The position numbers were made by a program, and so were the translations under genes. Positions 12,248 through 23,279 of a stretch of DNA of 64,000 nt are shown piece by piece. Numbering within the stretch: the first letter of the stretch is position 1; each line of letters starts with the position of its first letter. Source of the stretch: Eledone cirrhosa (Eukaryota); NCBI GenBank assembly GCA_964016885.1, contig OZ024743.1:270940001-271004000 (forward strand), written 5' to 3'. The notes beneath the pieces were generated by a model, which saw nothing but the letters and a program-made list of their open reading frames with translations, had not been told where the DNA came from and did no database searches.

Positions 12248-13883
12248 TCATGGTGGTTTGAAGTTTGTGAATCTAGTAGCTATTTTATGCCTAGAGAAAA
12301 TAGATCTTTCTATTTTGCTGTTAAGCAGCATCCCATCGTACCTTAAGATATGTAGTAGTTCTAAAATACAAAGCCCGCAGTGGGCCATACCGTTGCTGTA
12401 GGCTTTCACTACCGATAATTTTGACCAGCTGATCTTATACTTATATTCTAGGTTTCTGTCCTTAAGCTGCCAGATTTTATTGGCGAGCGTCGTAGAGTTC
12501 TCCAGTGCAAGGTTCTTCATGGAGTGTCTGTGGACGTACAACCTTTTCTTAAACTTCCCAGCCGTGGAACCTATGTAGTGCCAGGTAGAATTGCCTGAAT
12601 TCACAGTACACCCGTATACCATACTTGAATCCAGACATCTATTCCGTAGTGGGCACTTATCCGGTAGGTGGCAATTACAATTTGAGGTTTTATTTTGTGC
12701 AGGTTCATAGTTGCGGTTTTGTAAGTTGTTGTCGGTGGGTTGTGATTTAGGCTTATTAATGTTTTGTTGTGATGTGTTCTGATGCGTTTGTGGTTGTGAT
12801 GTTGTTATGTGTTTGTGTTTATTATTTGGAGCTATGGTGCGTGTTGGTAGGTTAATTTCTTTAGAGATATTTTTGAGGTTGATCTATGCGATTCTATGCA
12901 GTAGAGTAGGAAAGTTTTATAGTTTTTCTATTGAAGATTTTATGGTATTTGTGTAGTGCAGGGAAGTGCTTATCTATTAGTTTAAAGAATGTAGAAGGTA
13001 GTTTAGTTTTTATAGAGGAGTTGAATATTGAATTGAACCATAGGCACTTTCTATCTCTGGATCTTCTATAGTTTTTGGGGGTCCTTATATTAGTGTTCTG
13101 TTCGGTTATTTTTGGTGCTCGTTGTCTAACTCAATGTTTAGTCCTATGCTTCTTATTTCTATATGAGCGGGTAGTGTTGTTGTTGTTAGGTTTGTTATTG
13201 TTGTCTCTATCTAGTATGTATTCCAGCTTCTCATTATGTCCAGCCTTATGTAAAGCTATGTTATAATAGTTTGCGTGTTCGTTAAAAAATTCTAGGTTCG
13301 AGGATAGGCGGGATATTCTGACGGATATACTATGTGCTATGGAGTTAATTATGGATCGGGGGTGGTTTGAGTTATAACTAATGTAGGCTAGATTTTCGTT
13401 ATTTTTATGGAAGGGTTCTATTAATCCTGTGTTTAGGTTGAGAGTAACATCTAAGAAATTTGCTTTTTTAGAGTTAAGTTCGAAAGTGATACCTAGGCCT
13501 AGTTTTTTGAAGAATACTCTAATGTTTTTTCTTAATCTTTCCATTTTCTGATTGTTTAAGTTTTTGGCTAGAAGGAGTGTATCGTCTCTGTAAATTCCTC
13601 CTTGGAGGTTATTGAATTCCTTATGTAAGTTGTGCGCTATATATATTCCCACCAAGTCCGTTATTTGCGCTGAGTCGTTAGATCCCATTGTGATATCGAA
13701 GTTATTCTGTCTGTTTTTTCGTTCCCAGTAACTATTTTCGAATCTAATGATAGTCCTTCTAGCAGCTAGTATTATTTTAATTTCATCCGAGGTAAGGTCC
13801 GAATTTTGGGGGGCAAAGGTTAGCGCTTTACCCAGGGTGACTGGGGATATGGATGAGTAGTAGTCATTAATGTCGAATTGTAT
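12248..13883 (-). pseudogene. Disrupted PLE ORF: reverse transcriptase (from motif A) plus GIY-YIG endonuclease
   Basis: In-frame TGA at 13131-13133 in the linker, stop and frameshift near 12890, 5' truncation at 13883. Confidence 0.88.
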
Positions 13884-13963
13884 AATACGCTATTTTATTA
13901 TTGATGTTATTGTTTTAATTATACGCTATTTCTTACCTCGAGTGAATTATTTTCATATCTACA

Positions 13964-14072
13964 TACTCTGATGTGTTGACCATAGGTGAATAATGTATTG
14001 GAGATCGAATAACGCAACATCAAGCGATTAGCGAACTCTAGAACCACATGATCAACGAAACAATTGTCAGTA
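13964..14072 (+). ncRNA. Type I hammerhead ribozyme in right (inverted) pLTR (CUGAUGU core, long stem II insert)
   Basis: Stem I TACT(13964-67)/AGTA(14069-72), CTGATGT 13968-74, stem II GTTGA/TCAAC, GAAA 14057-60, palindromic ACAATTGT, GUC. Confidence 0.78.
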
Positions 14073-14289
14073 CTTTAAATAAAGCCCTTATTGCACAGCC
14101 AACCATGTTAATCTTCATTCTTTAACTATTATTACTCGAAGTATAACCTGCATAAAAATTACCGCGAACTCGCTGCATAACTATGGAAGCATCTTGTTGA
14201 GTCAAAAAAAAAGCCGCACGTTAAAACTATCCACGACGTAGAGTACTCACAACCTCTAACTGGATTACCTATAACGATAACTTGCTATC

Positions 14290-14371
<82 letters not shown>

Positions 14372-15019
14372 AAATAGTGATGTATAAGACAAAGACAATG
14401 AAAAAAACACGGATATATCCCTTCTCACTAGCCAACTCGTGGAATTCCTCGTTGTTTCGGTGTTTTAAAGATATTACCAATCCCTCCGGACTTTCCTAGT
14501 AATTTCAAACGAATTAAACAATTCTAGTCGTGTAGAATTCATTATTGCTTTACTTTTTTGCCGACTGGCTGAGGCCATGCTGCGGCACCGCTGTTTGCTT
14601 CCTCTATACTAGTTTACTGAGTATCTTATTTAACTGTGGTTCTTTTCCGTTCTAATTATGTGTGTGTACCACGCTGAATATCCCTTAGAGTTGGGTCAAC
14701 GGTATACATGATTGTGGAATGCTCAACCATTATACGTTAATTTCATCAAACAACTGGAATGCTCATCTCCCAAACTGACGGAGGTCCATTCCAGGTGTCT
14801 CATTGTTTTTATGCGTATAGTCACTATCCAGGCCATAACATAATCTAGAATTGAGAAGTATCAAATGTTAGCCAAAACGAAAAAAGGAATGGAAGGGCAT
14901 CAGATGTTGATGCCATACAGGATGTGGCATGCTCGATGTACCGAACAGGTGTATGTAGGAAGAATTCCATACGATGTAAACCTGTGGCAATATTTAGGTG
15001 GGTCGTAAGGGTGGTGGGT

Positions 15020-15226
15020 TGACAGTATTGGTGGAACGTCGGACAACATGCTTCATGGCATAGCGTTACGGCCCTTTACGATGTGAGTTCAAATCCAGCC
15101 GAGGTTAGCTTTGCCTTTCATCCTTACAGGGTCAATAAATAAAGTACCAGTAAGGCACTGGAGTCGATTTAGTCGACTTTCCCATCCCCAAAAATGGTTG
15201 GCCTTGTGTCTAAATCAGAAACCAAT
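15020..15226 (+). mobile_element. tRNA-derived SINE copy
   Basis: GAGTTCAAATCC plus conserved central domain. Confidence 0.8.
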
Positions 15227-16129
15227 ATTTTGGTGAGGCGTGGGACTTCAGAATGGAGGGGAGGTATATGCTGATCATTTAGGCACAAGGCCAACAACAT
15301 AGGGGAAGGAATTGACTAGTATTTTATGTTGTCGACTCCAGAAAGATGAAAAGCAAAGTTGATTGACATCGGCGAGATTTGACAAGAACATAAAAAGTAA
15401 ATATCCAGTTGGAATTTGAAAATGTAGTATTTCCCAACGGAAATAAGTATAAATAGTTGATCACTATATATAATAGTTGGAAAATTTGGGTGGAAACACT
15501 GGGAATTGAACTACGCGTCTCTCGGATGCCAGGCGAGGGCATTAACTTTTATTTTTACATTTACTGATCATGGTGGGGTGAGGATGACACATGATTTTTT
15601 TTTTTTAAGTGGGGCCGTGGGACAAAAAGCCGAAAAACGTCGGTGTAAACGAAAATAGAGTGCACAAAGATACAGACAGGCCCGTCACCTGGTTTTGGTG
15701 ATTGAGTCAGGATCGGTTAGTGGTCTTCAAAACATTCTGAGTTTTCGAAATGAAAAAAAAAAATGTAGGAGGGGGACAGACAGTGCGACCCAGTCAGTGC
15801 CTCCTCCACCATCACTATCACCACCACCACCACAGTACCTCACAGTACCTCAGTTGCTGGCAATGGCCTGACAGACGAGAAAGAAAGAGAAAGGGAGGAA
15901 GAAGAATCCCGTCGCTCTATATCTACTTCGTATGCCGCGATTTTGTAACTGATGTCGCTATTATAACTTGTTAGTTCTTTGTTGCTTGTTTTTAATAATA
16001 ACTCTTACTCTCTTCTTTTTCAGATTTAGGTTGTCATTATTTTGTAACTGAGGTCGCTACATGTTTTTAGTTGGTTGTTCTATTTTTACCTTTAGTCTGT
16101 GTAGTATTGTGTCGTCAAGGTTGTAATTG

Positions 16130-16506
16130 TAGGATGGTGGTGATGGAGGTGGTGATGGTGGTGGTGGTGGTGGTGATGGTGGTGATGATGGTGGTCGTGA
16201 TGGTTGTGGTGGTGGTGGTGGTGGTGATTGTGATGATGATGGTGGTCGTGGTGGTGGTGATTGTGATGATGATGGTGGTCGTGGTGGTGGTGATGGTGAA
16301 GTTGTTGTTGTTGGTGGTGGTGGTGGTGGTGATTGTCGTGGTCTGATGGTGGTGGTGGTGGTGGTGGCAGTGGTGATGATTGTCGCGGTCTGATGGTGGT
16401 GGTGGTGGCAGTGGTGATGATTGTGGCGGTGGTGGCGGTGGCAGTGGTGATGATTGTGGTGGTGGTGGTGGTGATGGTGATTGTAGTGGTAGTGGTGGTG
16501 ACAGTG
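16130..16506. repeat. (GGT/GAT)n trinucleotide low-complexity tract
   Basis: Directly visible. Confidence 0.9.
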
Positions 16507-16699
16507 GTATATACATATATATATATTTGAACGAATTATGGATTTCGAATGTATCTTAGTTTAGAATTAACAAATCACAACAAAGGTTATTCTTTATTAT
16601 GAAACTTAATCGAACAAGGACGAAAAAAGGGGGACGTTGTCCACTTTCATCCGTCTTTAGGGGTTTGTTCGATTATTTTTCCTAGTCAAAAAGCCTGCA

Positions 16700-16985
16700 T
16701 TGAAACTCTTAACTTTAAGCTTGGCCCTAAGGTTACCTCCCTACTCACCACCAAAGGCGCTGAGCTGGCTAGCCGCAGGTGTGAGCCTCGCGAGATGGAA
16801 TGGCTCTTTCAGCGCATCTCCCTCACCATCCTCCGAAGAAACGCCTTCTTTATTCTGTCCGCCGGGGCCGTGGGGCGGCCAGCGCGTAGGACCCCATTTG
16901 CTCATAGTAGCAAGAGGTGGGGAGGGCAAGAGAGACGGAGGCAGTGACAGTGAGAGTTCGGCTCCTCTGTGTTCAGACCAGGTGT
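16700..16985 (+). mobile_element. Degenerate 3' end of a CRE-type non-LTR retrotransposon with GC-rich 3' region
   Basis: Translation ELASRRCEPREMEWLFQRISLTILRRNA at about 16761-16845. Confidence 0.55.
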
Positions 16986-17177
16986 ACATGTGTGTGTATG
17001 TTTACTTCTATCCATTCGTTGATAAGAGTAAGGGCCTATGCAAATGTTAATGAACTATAAATGTACTTCTGTATATCAATCAATCTGTTGTCATATTATA
17101 CTGTCAAGTTATGTAACATTTATAAAATTCTACGTCAAATGAAATTTCTACACAGATTAAACATACATATTATTGTG

Positions 17178-17356
17178 AATTGGCAGTATCGGTAGAGGGT
17201 CGGACATGCTTTCCAGCATAGTTACGTCCCCTTACGATCTGAGTTCAAATCCTGCCGAGGTTAACTTTACCTTTCATCCTTACGGGGTCGATAAAATAAA
17301 GTGCCAGTAATACACTGGGTAATTGCTGGCCTTGTGCCAAATGTAGAAACAATTAT
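17178..17356 (+). mobile_element. tRNA-derived SINE copy
   Basis: TGGCAGTATCGG A-box, GAGTTCAAATCC B-box and central domain. The tail is duplicated at 17574-17624. Confidence 0.85.
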
Positions 17357-17479
17357 TATGTTGCTACTTGAGTATTGTCGCTATTCAGCAGCAATCTGCG
17401 AAACTGTAAATAGCAACATAGAGAAACCTCAGTAATAAAATAAATATTCTCTTTAGCACTCACAAACATCTGTATATAC

Positions 17480-17555
<76 letters not shown>

Positions 17556-17621
17556 AAACGTATATATATATATCAGTAATGCACTGGGTAATTGCTGGCC
17601 TTGTGCCAAAAGTAGAAACAA

Positions 17622-17727
17622 TTATTTAAAATATTAATAAATGTAAAATATTCTCATAACCAAAATATATATAAAATATATATTTTGGTTAGGAGAATAT
17701 TTTTCATTTATTAATATTTTGAATAAT
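17622..17727. repeat. AT-rich palindrome
   Basis: TATTAATAAATGTAAAATATTCTCATAACCAAAATATATA pairs with TATATATTTTGGTTAGGAGAATATTTTTCATTTATTAATA. Confidence 0.75.
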
Positions 17728-17903
17728 ATTAAAAACTCAAGATAAAATTCTGTCGAGTGCTTCTAATCTATTGTAAAATTGTATTCGTTGAATAATCAAC
17801 GAACCATATAAACTTTTGGTTATATATATTGCTATATCAAGCGTTAACCTAATATATACCTTCCATATACTGTACCGATTGTGTTGTATTTCTGTTTACC
17901 TTT

Positions 17904-17943
<40 letters not shown>

Positions 17944-17956
17944 TATTTCTGTTTAC

Positions 17957-18033
<77 letters not shown>

Positions 18034-18057
18034 GTTTACCTTTTATATATATATATA

Positions 18058-18109
<52 letters not shown>

Positions 18110-18140
18110 TATTTCTGTTTACCTTTTATATATATATATA

Positions 18141-18187
<47 letters not shown>

Positions 18188-18280
18188 CGTTTCTGAATTT
18201 GTTTAGCAAGATTCTTTATCTGAAATCGTGTGTTGAAACCGATACTGTTATACTTTGGGAGGGTCATGTTGCCAAAGTAT

Positions 18281-18345
<65 letters not shown>

Positions 18346-18670
18346 AGGCGATATAGTTAAGGAATTCGCTTCACAATCAAATGGCACCACGGTCAAGTGA
18401 GTAGACAAATATTGTTGAATGTTCCGTCGGTTTCGACGATGTGCATTGTTCGATTAACTGAACTCAAAGTATAATTGGTTGCGTATATCTCAGACATGTG
18501 TAGTCTTAGCATAATTATTAGGCAGAATTCGCTTGATACAATAAGTGACAAGGCCGGTCCTTGGAATTGTATGCACTATATATATATATACTATCCAGGA
18601 AGCTCCAACCGTTAAGGTTGTCATTTTTCAGGGTATGTCAATATTTATTTATAAAACTAATTCTGTATTG

Positions 18671-18736
18671 TATTTTATCTGATGAAAGCGCACCATAATT
18701 TGCCTTGGTGGCCCTTGAAATATGTATAATAAAATA
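18671..18736 (+). ncRNA. Type I hammerhead ribozyme in a solo pLTR fragment (18592-18780)
   Basis: Stem I TATTTTAT/ATAAAATA (8 bp), CTGATGA 18679-85, stem II AAG.GCACCA..TGGTG.C.CTT, GAAA 18717-20, short stem III ATATGTAT, AUA triplet. Confidence 0.75.
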
Positions 18737-18826
18737 AATATGGTTTTATAAATATAGTTTCCATTTGTTAATATACTGTATCATCATCATCATCATCATC
18801 GTTTAACGTCCATGTTCCACGCTTGC

Positions 18827-18857
<31 letters not shown>

Positions 18858-19097
18858 CAGGGGCGGTAGAAGTATTTCTGAATTGTTGTGGGCAAATTTG
18901 GTCAATTTAATTGTAGTGATTAGTTTAGCTCTTTACACTCTAAAATGGTCAGAAAACTTCGATATGCAATAAATATAACATGTACATAAATTGTAGCGCA
19001 TATCCAAATACATGTGTGTTTTGGTAGTTTGGGGAGAAAATATAATTATTGGAAGGGGACATGCCCCCCCCCCCCCGCCCCACAGGTTCCCGCCATG
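18858..19097. mobile_element. hAT-like MITE in (TA)n
   Basis: Imperfect TIRs CAGGGGCGG / CCGCCATG flanked by TATATATA on both sides. Confidence 0.5.
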
Positions 19098-19206
19098 TAT
19101 ATATATAATTTAAAAAGATATATTCTACGCCCTTTCCTAAGGGGTTAATATATCGAGCTTCTTCGTATTTGGTAAGAAACTGGTATTATACCCAATTTAT
19201 TCATCA

Positions 19207-19266
<60 letters not shown>

Positions 19267-19270
<4 letters not shown>

Positions 19271-19472
19271 AACGAGTAGGACCCCGACGGCTGAGCTCAA
19301 GCCGTTTCGACGGCTAATTCTGGACTCAGAATTAGTCCAGAATTAGCTGTCGAAACGGCTTGAGCTCAGCCGTCGGGGTCCTACTCGTTCCTATTACCCA
19401 CTCTACTACCCTAAGTATTGAGTACTTTGGTGCGTTATGGTCCATCTGGTTCCTTACCACATTTCCTTCGTT
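19267..19472 (+). mobile_element. Fold-back element with hammerhead 3' half (family of 1490)
   Basis: The left arm TAGGAACGAG.. is inverted relative to ..CTCGTTCCTA. Contains GAAA-CGGCT-TGAGCTC-AGCCG-TC-GGGGTCC, then an ~80-bp unpaired tail and (TA)n. Confidence 0.8.
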
Positions 19473-19560
19473 ATATATATATATATGAGTGCAAGATAAT
19501 TGCGTCCATAGGCTGTATGCCGGGTGACCATTCGATGCTTTCGCAGACCAGAGTATTAAT

Positions 19561-19788
19561 AGTATAAGAATAAAGGGACAAAGAATCAGTGTTGCATCAT
19601 AACATATTTAATGACATATTACACATGTTTCACTGTCGATCAGCTCGAGGAACGATCTATTATTGGTCGATAATAGGTTCGATCACTAATAGATCGTTCC
19701 TCGAGCTGATCGACAGTGAAACATGTGTAATATATCATTAGATATGTTATGATGCAACACTGATTATTTGTTCCTTTATTCTTATATT
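19561..19788. repeat. About 100-bp-arm fold-back element of another family
   Basis: 19561-19661 pairs with 19688-19788. The right arm has GAAA-CATG-TG (hammerhead-like 3' half with palindromic ACATGT). Confidence 0.8.
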
Positions 19789-19789
19789 A

Positions 19790-19820
<31 letters not shown>

Positions 19821-19821
<1 letters not shown>

Positions 19822-19992
19822 AGGAACAAGTAAGACCCCGACGGCTGAGCTCAAGCCGTTTCGACGGCTTCGAAACGGCTTGAGCTCAGCCGTCGGAGTC
19901 TTACTTGTTCCTATTACCCACTCTACTACCCTAAGTATTGAGTACTTTGGTGCGTTATGGTCCACCTGGTTCCTTACCACATTTCCTTCGTT
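19821..19992 (+). mobile_element. Fold-back element with hammerhead 3' half (family of 1490)
   Basis: Same arms and tail as 19267 but a shorter turn-around (TTCGACGGCTTCGAA). Confidence 0.8.
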
Positions 19993-20141
19993 ATATATAT
20001 ATATATATTCTTATAGCTTGGTCTAATTGATTTTTTATATGGTTAATTATGCTAATTGGGAGAGGAAATGGTATATATTATATCTAGTGATTCTAAAGAC
20101 ATGTTTTATGATATATAGCTCTGATTATTTAATTTATTAAT

Positions 20142-20332
20142 GGTGGTGGATTGGCAGTATCGGTAGAGGGTTGAACGCCATGCTTTCTAGCATAGTTACG
20201 TCCCTTTACGGTCTGAGTTCAAATCCCGTCGAGGTTAACTTTGCCTTTCATCCTTACGGGGTCGATAAAATAAAGTACCAGTAATATACTGGGATAATTG
20301 CTGGCCTGGTGCCAAAAGTAGAAACAATTATT
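20142..20332 (+). mobile_element. tRNA-derived SINE copy
   Basis: Full head (GGTGGTGGATTGGCAGTATCGGTAGAG), B-box, central domain and tail. Confidence 0.88.
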
Positions 20333-20416
20333 TAATTTATTAATTCTTCATTGAGCCACAACGTGACCCGTTGCAAAACACATATATATCTATGACTTTA
20401 TATATATGTAAACCTT

Positions 20417-20447
<31 letters not shown>

Positions 20448-20784
20448 CAATGCTTAGCAATAATAAATGAATATTCAAACTTTACTTCGGTATTGAGTTT
20501 TCAGTTTTCATTCTTATGTCAGGTCTTGAATAATCGTCCCCACCCTCCGCTTATTAATTTGTCATACCCCCCTCCGCCCCGGTTTTTATTATAGTAAGTA
20601 ATTCATAGCTGGAGAATCTAATAATTTTATTTTACATTTTTAAAAAAACATTATATATGACAAAAGAAGAACATTACAAGAAATCCCATATTTTCGAACA
20701 TACACTATACAATTATTGATTTCACAAGCCCCCCCCCCCCCATTATTACCACCTTTCCTGTTATTTGGGACCCGAGAATGATAA

Positions 20785-21625
20785 TTCTCCACCTCTCTAT
20801 GTCTAGCACACAAAATTCTCTTTTAATCCCCCCTCTCTGTATCTACTAAATCCAAACTCTACCCCTCTCTATATCTACCACGACACCGCCTGTCTTATCC
20901 TACTTTCTATAGCTAAGACTAATACACTTTCACACTATAAATATCTACACTTATCTCTCCCAATCCTCCTCTGTATATTAATCACCCCTAGACTCTCATC
21001 CTCCCTATATCTACTAAACGGCACTCTCCCATTATCTCTCTCTGTATATCTACAACCACCAAATTCTCCCCCTCTCTATATCTACTACGCGATACTCTCT
21101 TCCAATCCCCCTCCGTCTATCAATAAACATCAATCTCTCCCTGCCTCTATATCTAATATACAAGACACTCTCCCAATCCCCCTCTCTAAATCAATTACCA
21201 CCAAACTCTCCCCCTCTCTACATCAACCATACAACATACTCTCCGAATCACACTCCCTATATCAATTAACACCAAACTATCCCCCTCTCTATATCTACCA
21301 TACAACACACTCTCTTTCATTCCCTCTCACTCTAGCTATCACTACCAAACTCTCCCCCTCTCTATATCTATCAATACCTATCTCTATCAATCCTCTCACT
21401 CTATTCATTACCACCAATCTCTTCCCCTCTCTACATCAACCATACAACATACTCTTCCAATCCCCTCTCTATATCAAATGACACTAAACTCTCTCCCTCT
21501 TTATCTGTCTGTCTGTTTGACTCCCTAAAACTTGAGAACCACCCAACCGATTTTTTTCAAACTTTACTCATGTAATATACTATGGTCTTGTGAGTGTTTT
21601 GAGCAAAAAATATTTCCAATTTTCA
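20785..21625. repeat. Degenerate ~60-bp pyrimidine-rich tandem array ending in a (GTCT)n..ACCGATTTT..CAAACTT motif (Helentron-associated element-like)
   Basis: Recurring CTCTCCCCCTCTCTATATCTACCATACAAC units; TCTGTCTGTCTG at 21504. Confidence 0.5.
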
Positions 21626-21669
21626 ATGCCCTAGGGACGGCATTAGATAAGTATAACGTCCCGCCCTTA

Positions 21670-21854
21670 TAATTGTTTCTACTTTTGGCACAAGGCCAGC
21701 AATTATCAGTGCATTACTGGTACTTTATTTTATCGACCCCGTAAGGATGAAAGGCAAAGTTAACCTCAGCGGGATTTGAACTAAGATCATACAGGGAGGT
21801 AACTCTATGCTTCAAAGCATGGCGTCCAACCCTCTACCGATACTGCCAATCCAC
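21670..21854 (-). mobile_element. tRNA-derived SINE copy with target duplication GCCCTTATAAT
   Basis: Reverse complement of the family. GCCCTTATAAT occurs at 21663 and 21857. Confidence 0.85.
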
Positions 21855-22113
21855 GCGCCCTTATAATATGTCTGCATGTCTGATGTCTGCTGTCTGCATT
21901 ACGACATTATGACACTATCTGTGTGTGTGTGTGTGTATGTATATATATTGTGTGTATATATATATATATATATATAGTGTGTGTGTAACGTTTTTCGAAA
22001 TATTTACTTCTGCGTTCACAGATTGATTTTTTTAGTTTCAGAAGATGCCGTTAAGGGTGAAAGCAGCGATTATTTGCTTAAACTTTAATCTGTTATTTTA
22101 ATATATACATATA

Positions 22114-22188
<75 letters not shown>

Positions 22189-22269
22189 AATTAGTATATC
22201 TACTAACATATATATACAGATGCATACTTCTGCCAGCAAAGTTAATTTTTATAATTTTCTTATTTTACG

Positions 22270-22307
<38 letters not shown>

Positions 22308-22734
22308 GTGTACAGATATTTTTGCATACAGAATAACAAAATATAAACAAACGTATTTATTTCACGAGGCTCGATAAGGATAAATATATATCAAATATTT
22401 AAGAACCCTAGAGCAAATATTGTTCTCCTTGCTGACGTATATCTTCGCTATTTTCCGTTTGCCACTCAATTAAGTTAAAACCCTGGTAATCTACGATGCT
22501 GCTAGCTCGTATCACCCATATCCCGCCACGAAAGAATTTTTCCCTTCTATCTTATAAGTGATTCACTACATAGCGCCATCCTAGAATAAAAGCTATGGAA
22601 TATGGGAGAGTCGATAAAAAAATCGGTATGGGTTCGAATCTGTTTGAAAGGCCTGAGCTCGGGGTTTGTTATTGATACAAAAGCATTTTTTTTTATTTTG
22701 TATTTTGTAGTTATGTTATTAGTTTATATAAGTT

Positions 22735-23136
22735 TGGTGGATTTGCATAGTCGTTAGTGCGTCGAACAAATACTTAGTAATATTTGTTCCAACTCTTTAC
22801 GTTCTGAGTTTATATCACACCGAAGTTAGCTTTGCCTTTCATGCTTTCGCGGTCACTAAAATAAAGTACCAGTCAAGTATGGAGATCGATTTCTGGCCAT
22901 TCTCCATGTTAAAAATCATTAGGGTAGTGGAATAGCAGTATCGGGAGAGCGTCGGCCAAAATGCTTTGTGGTATTTAGTTACGACTTTCTACGTACTGAG
23001 TTTAAATCCCGCCGTAGTAATCTTTGTCTTTCATCTTTACGGGGTCGATAAAATAAAGTACCAGTAACGCGCTGGGGTCGATTTAATCGACTTCCCGGTC
23101 CCTTCAAATTTCCAGCCTTATGCCAAAAGTAGAAAT
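22735..23136 (+). mobile_element. Two tandem tRNA-derived SINE copies
   Basis: Two heads and two central domains. Confidence 0.8.
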
Positions 23137-23279
23137 AATTATTATTTATCGATTTTGGGGACGAATTCTATTATTTATTTTTTTTTTTTTTAATGATATG
23201 TTCATCTATTTTATAGTTAGTATATCATTTGATTCATATAGTAGACTATATATGTGGTTTCTGTATTTCTACTGGCTGA

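Larger units (their letters stand above)
11462..14292 (-). mobile_element. 5'-truncated Penelope-like retroelement (Naiad-type) with inverted pLTRs, inserted in (TA)n
   Basis: RT motifs on the - strand: IQFDINDYYSSI, FDITMGSNDSAQITDLVG, GIYRDDTL, NFLDVTLNL, WFNSIF, KIFNRKTIKLSYS. Cys linker CNCHLPDKCPLRNRCL. GIY-YIG domain VYGCTV..YIGST..FKKRLYVH..CGLCILE..LLN. pLTR 11462-11713 is the inverted copy of 13882-14128; the right copy has an extra ~165-bp tail. Confidence 0.92.

Noticed and set aside
15490-15548. tRNA-Ala-like gene on the - strand
   Set aside because: Only the anticodon and T-arm region is recognisable and the 5' part is missing. More likely a tRNA-derived repeat relic.
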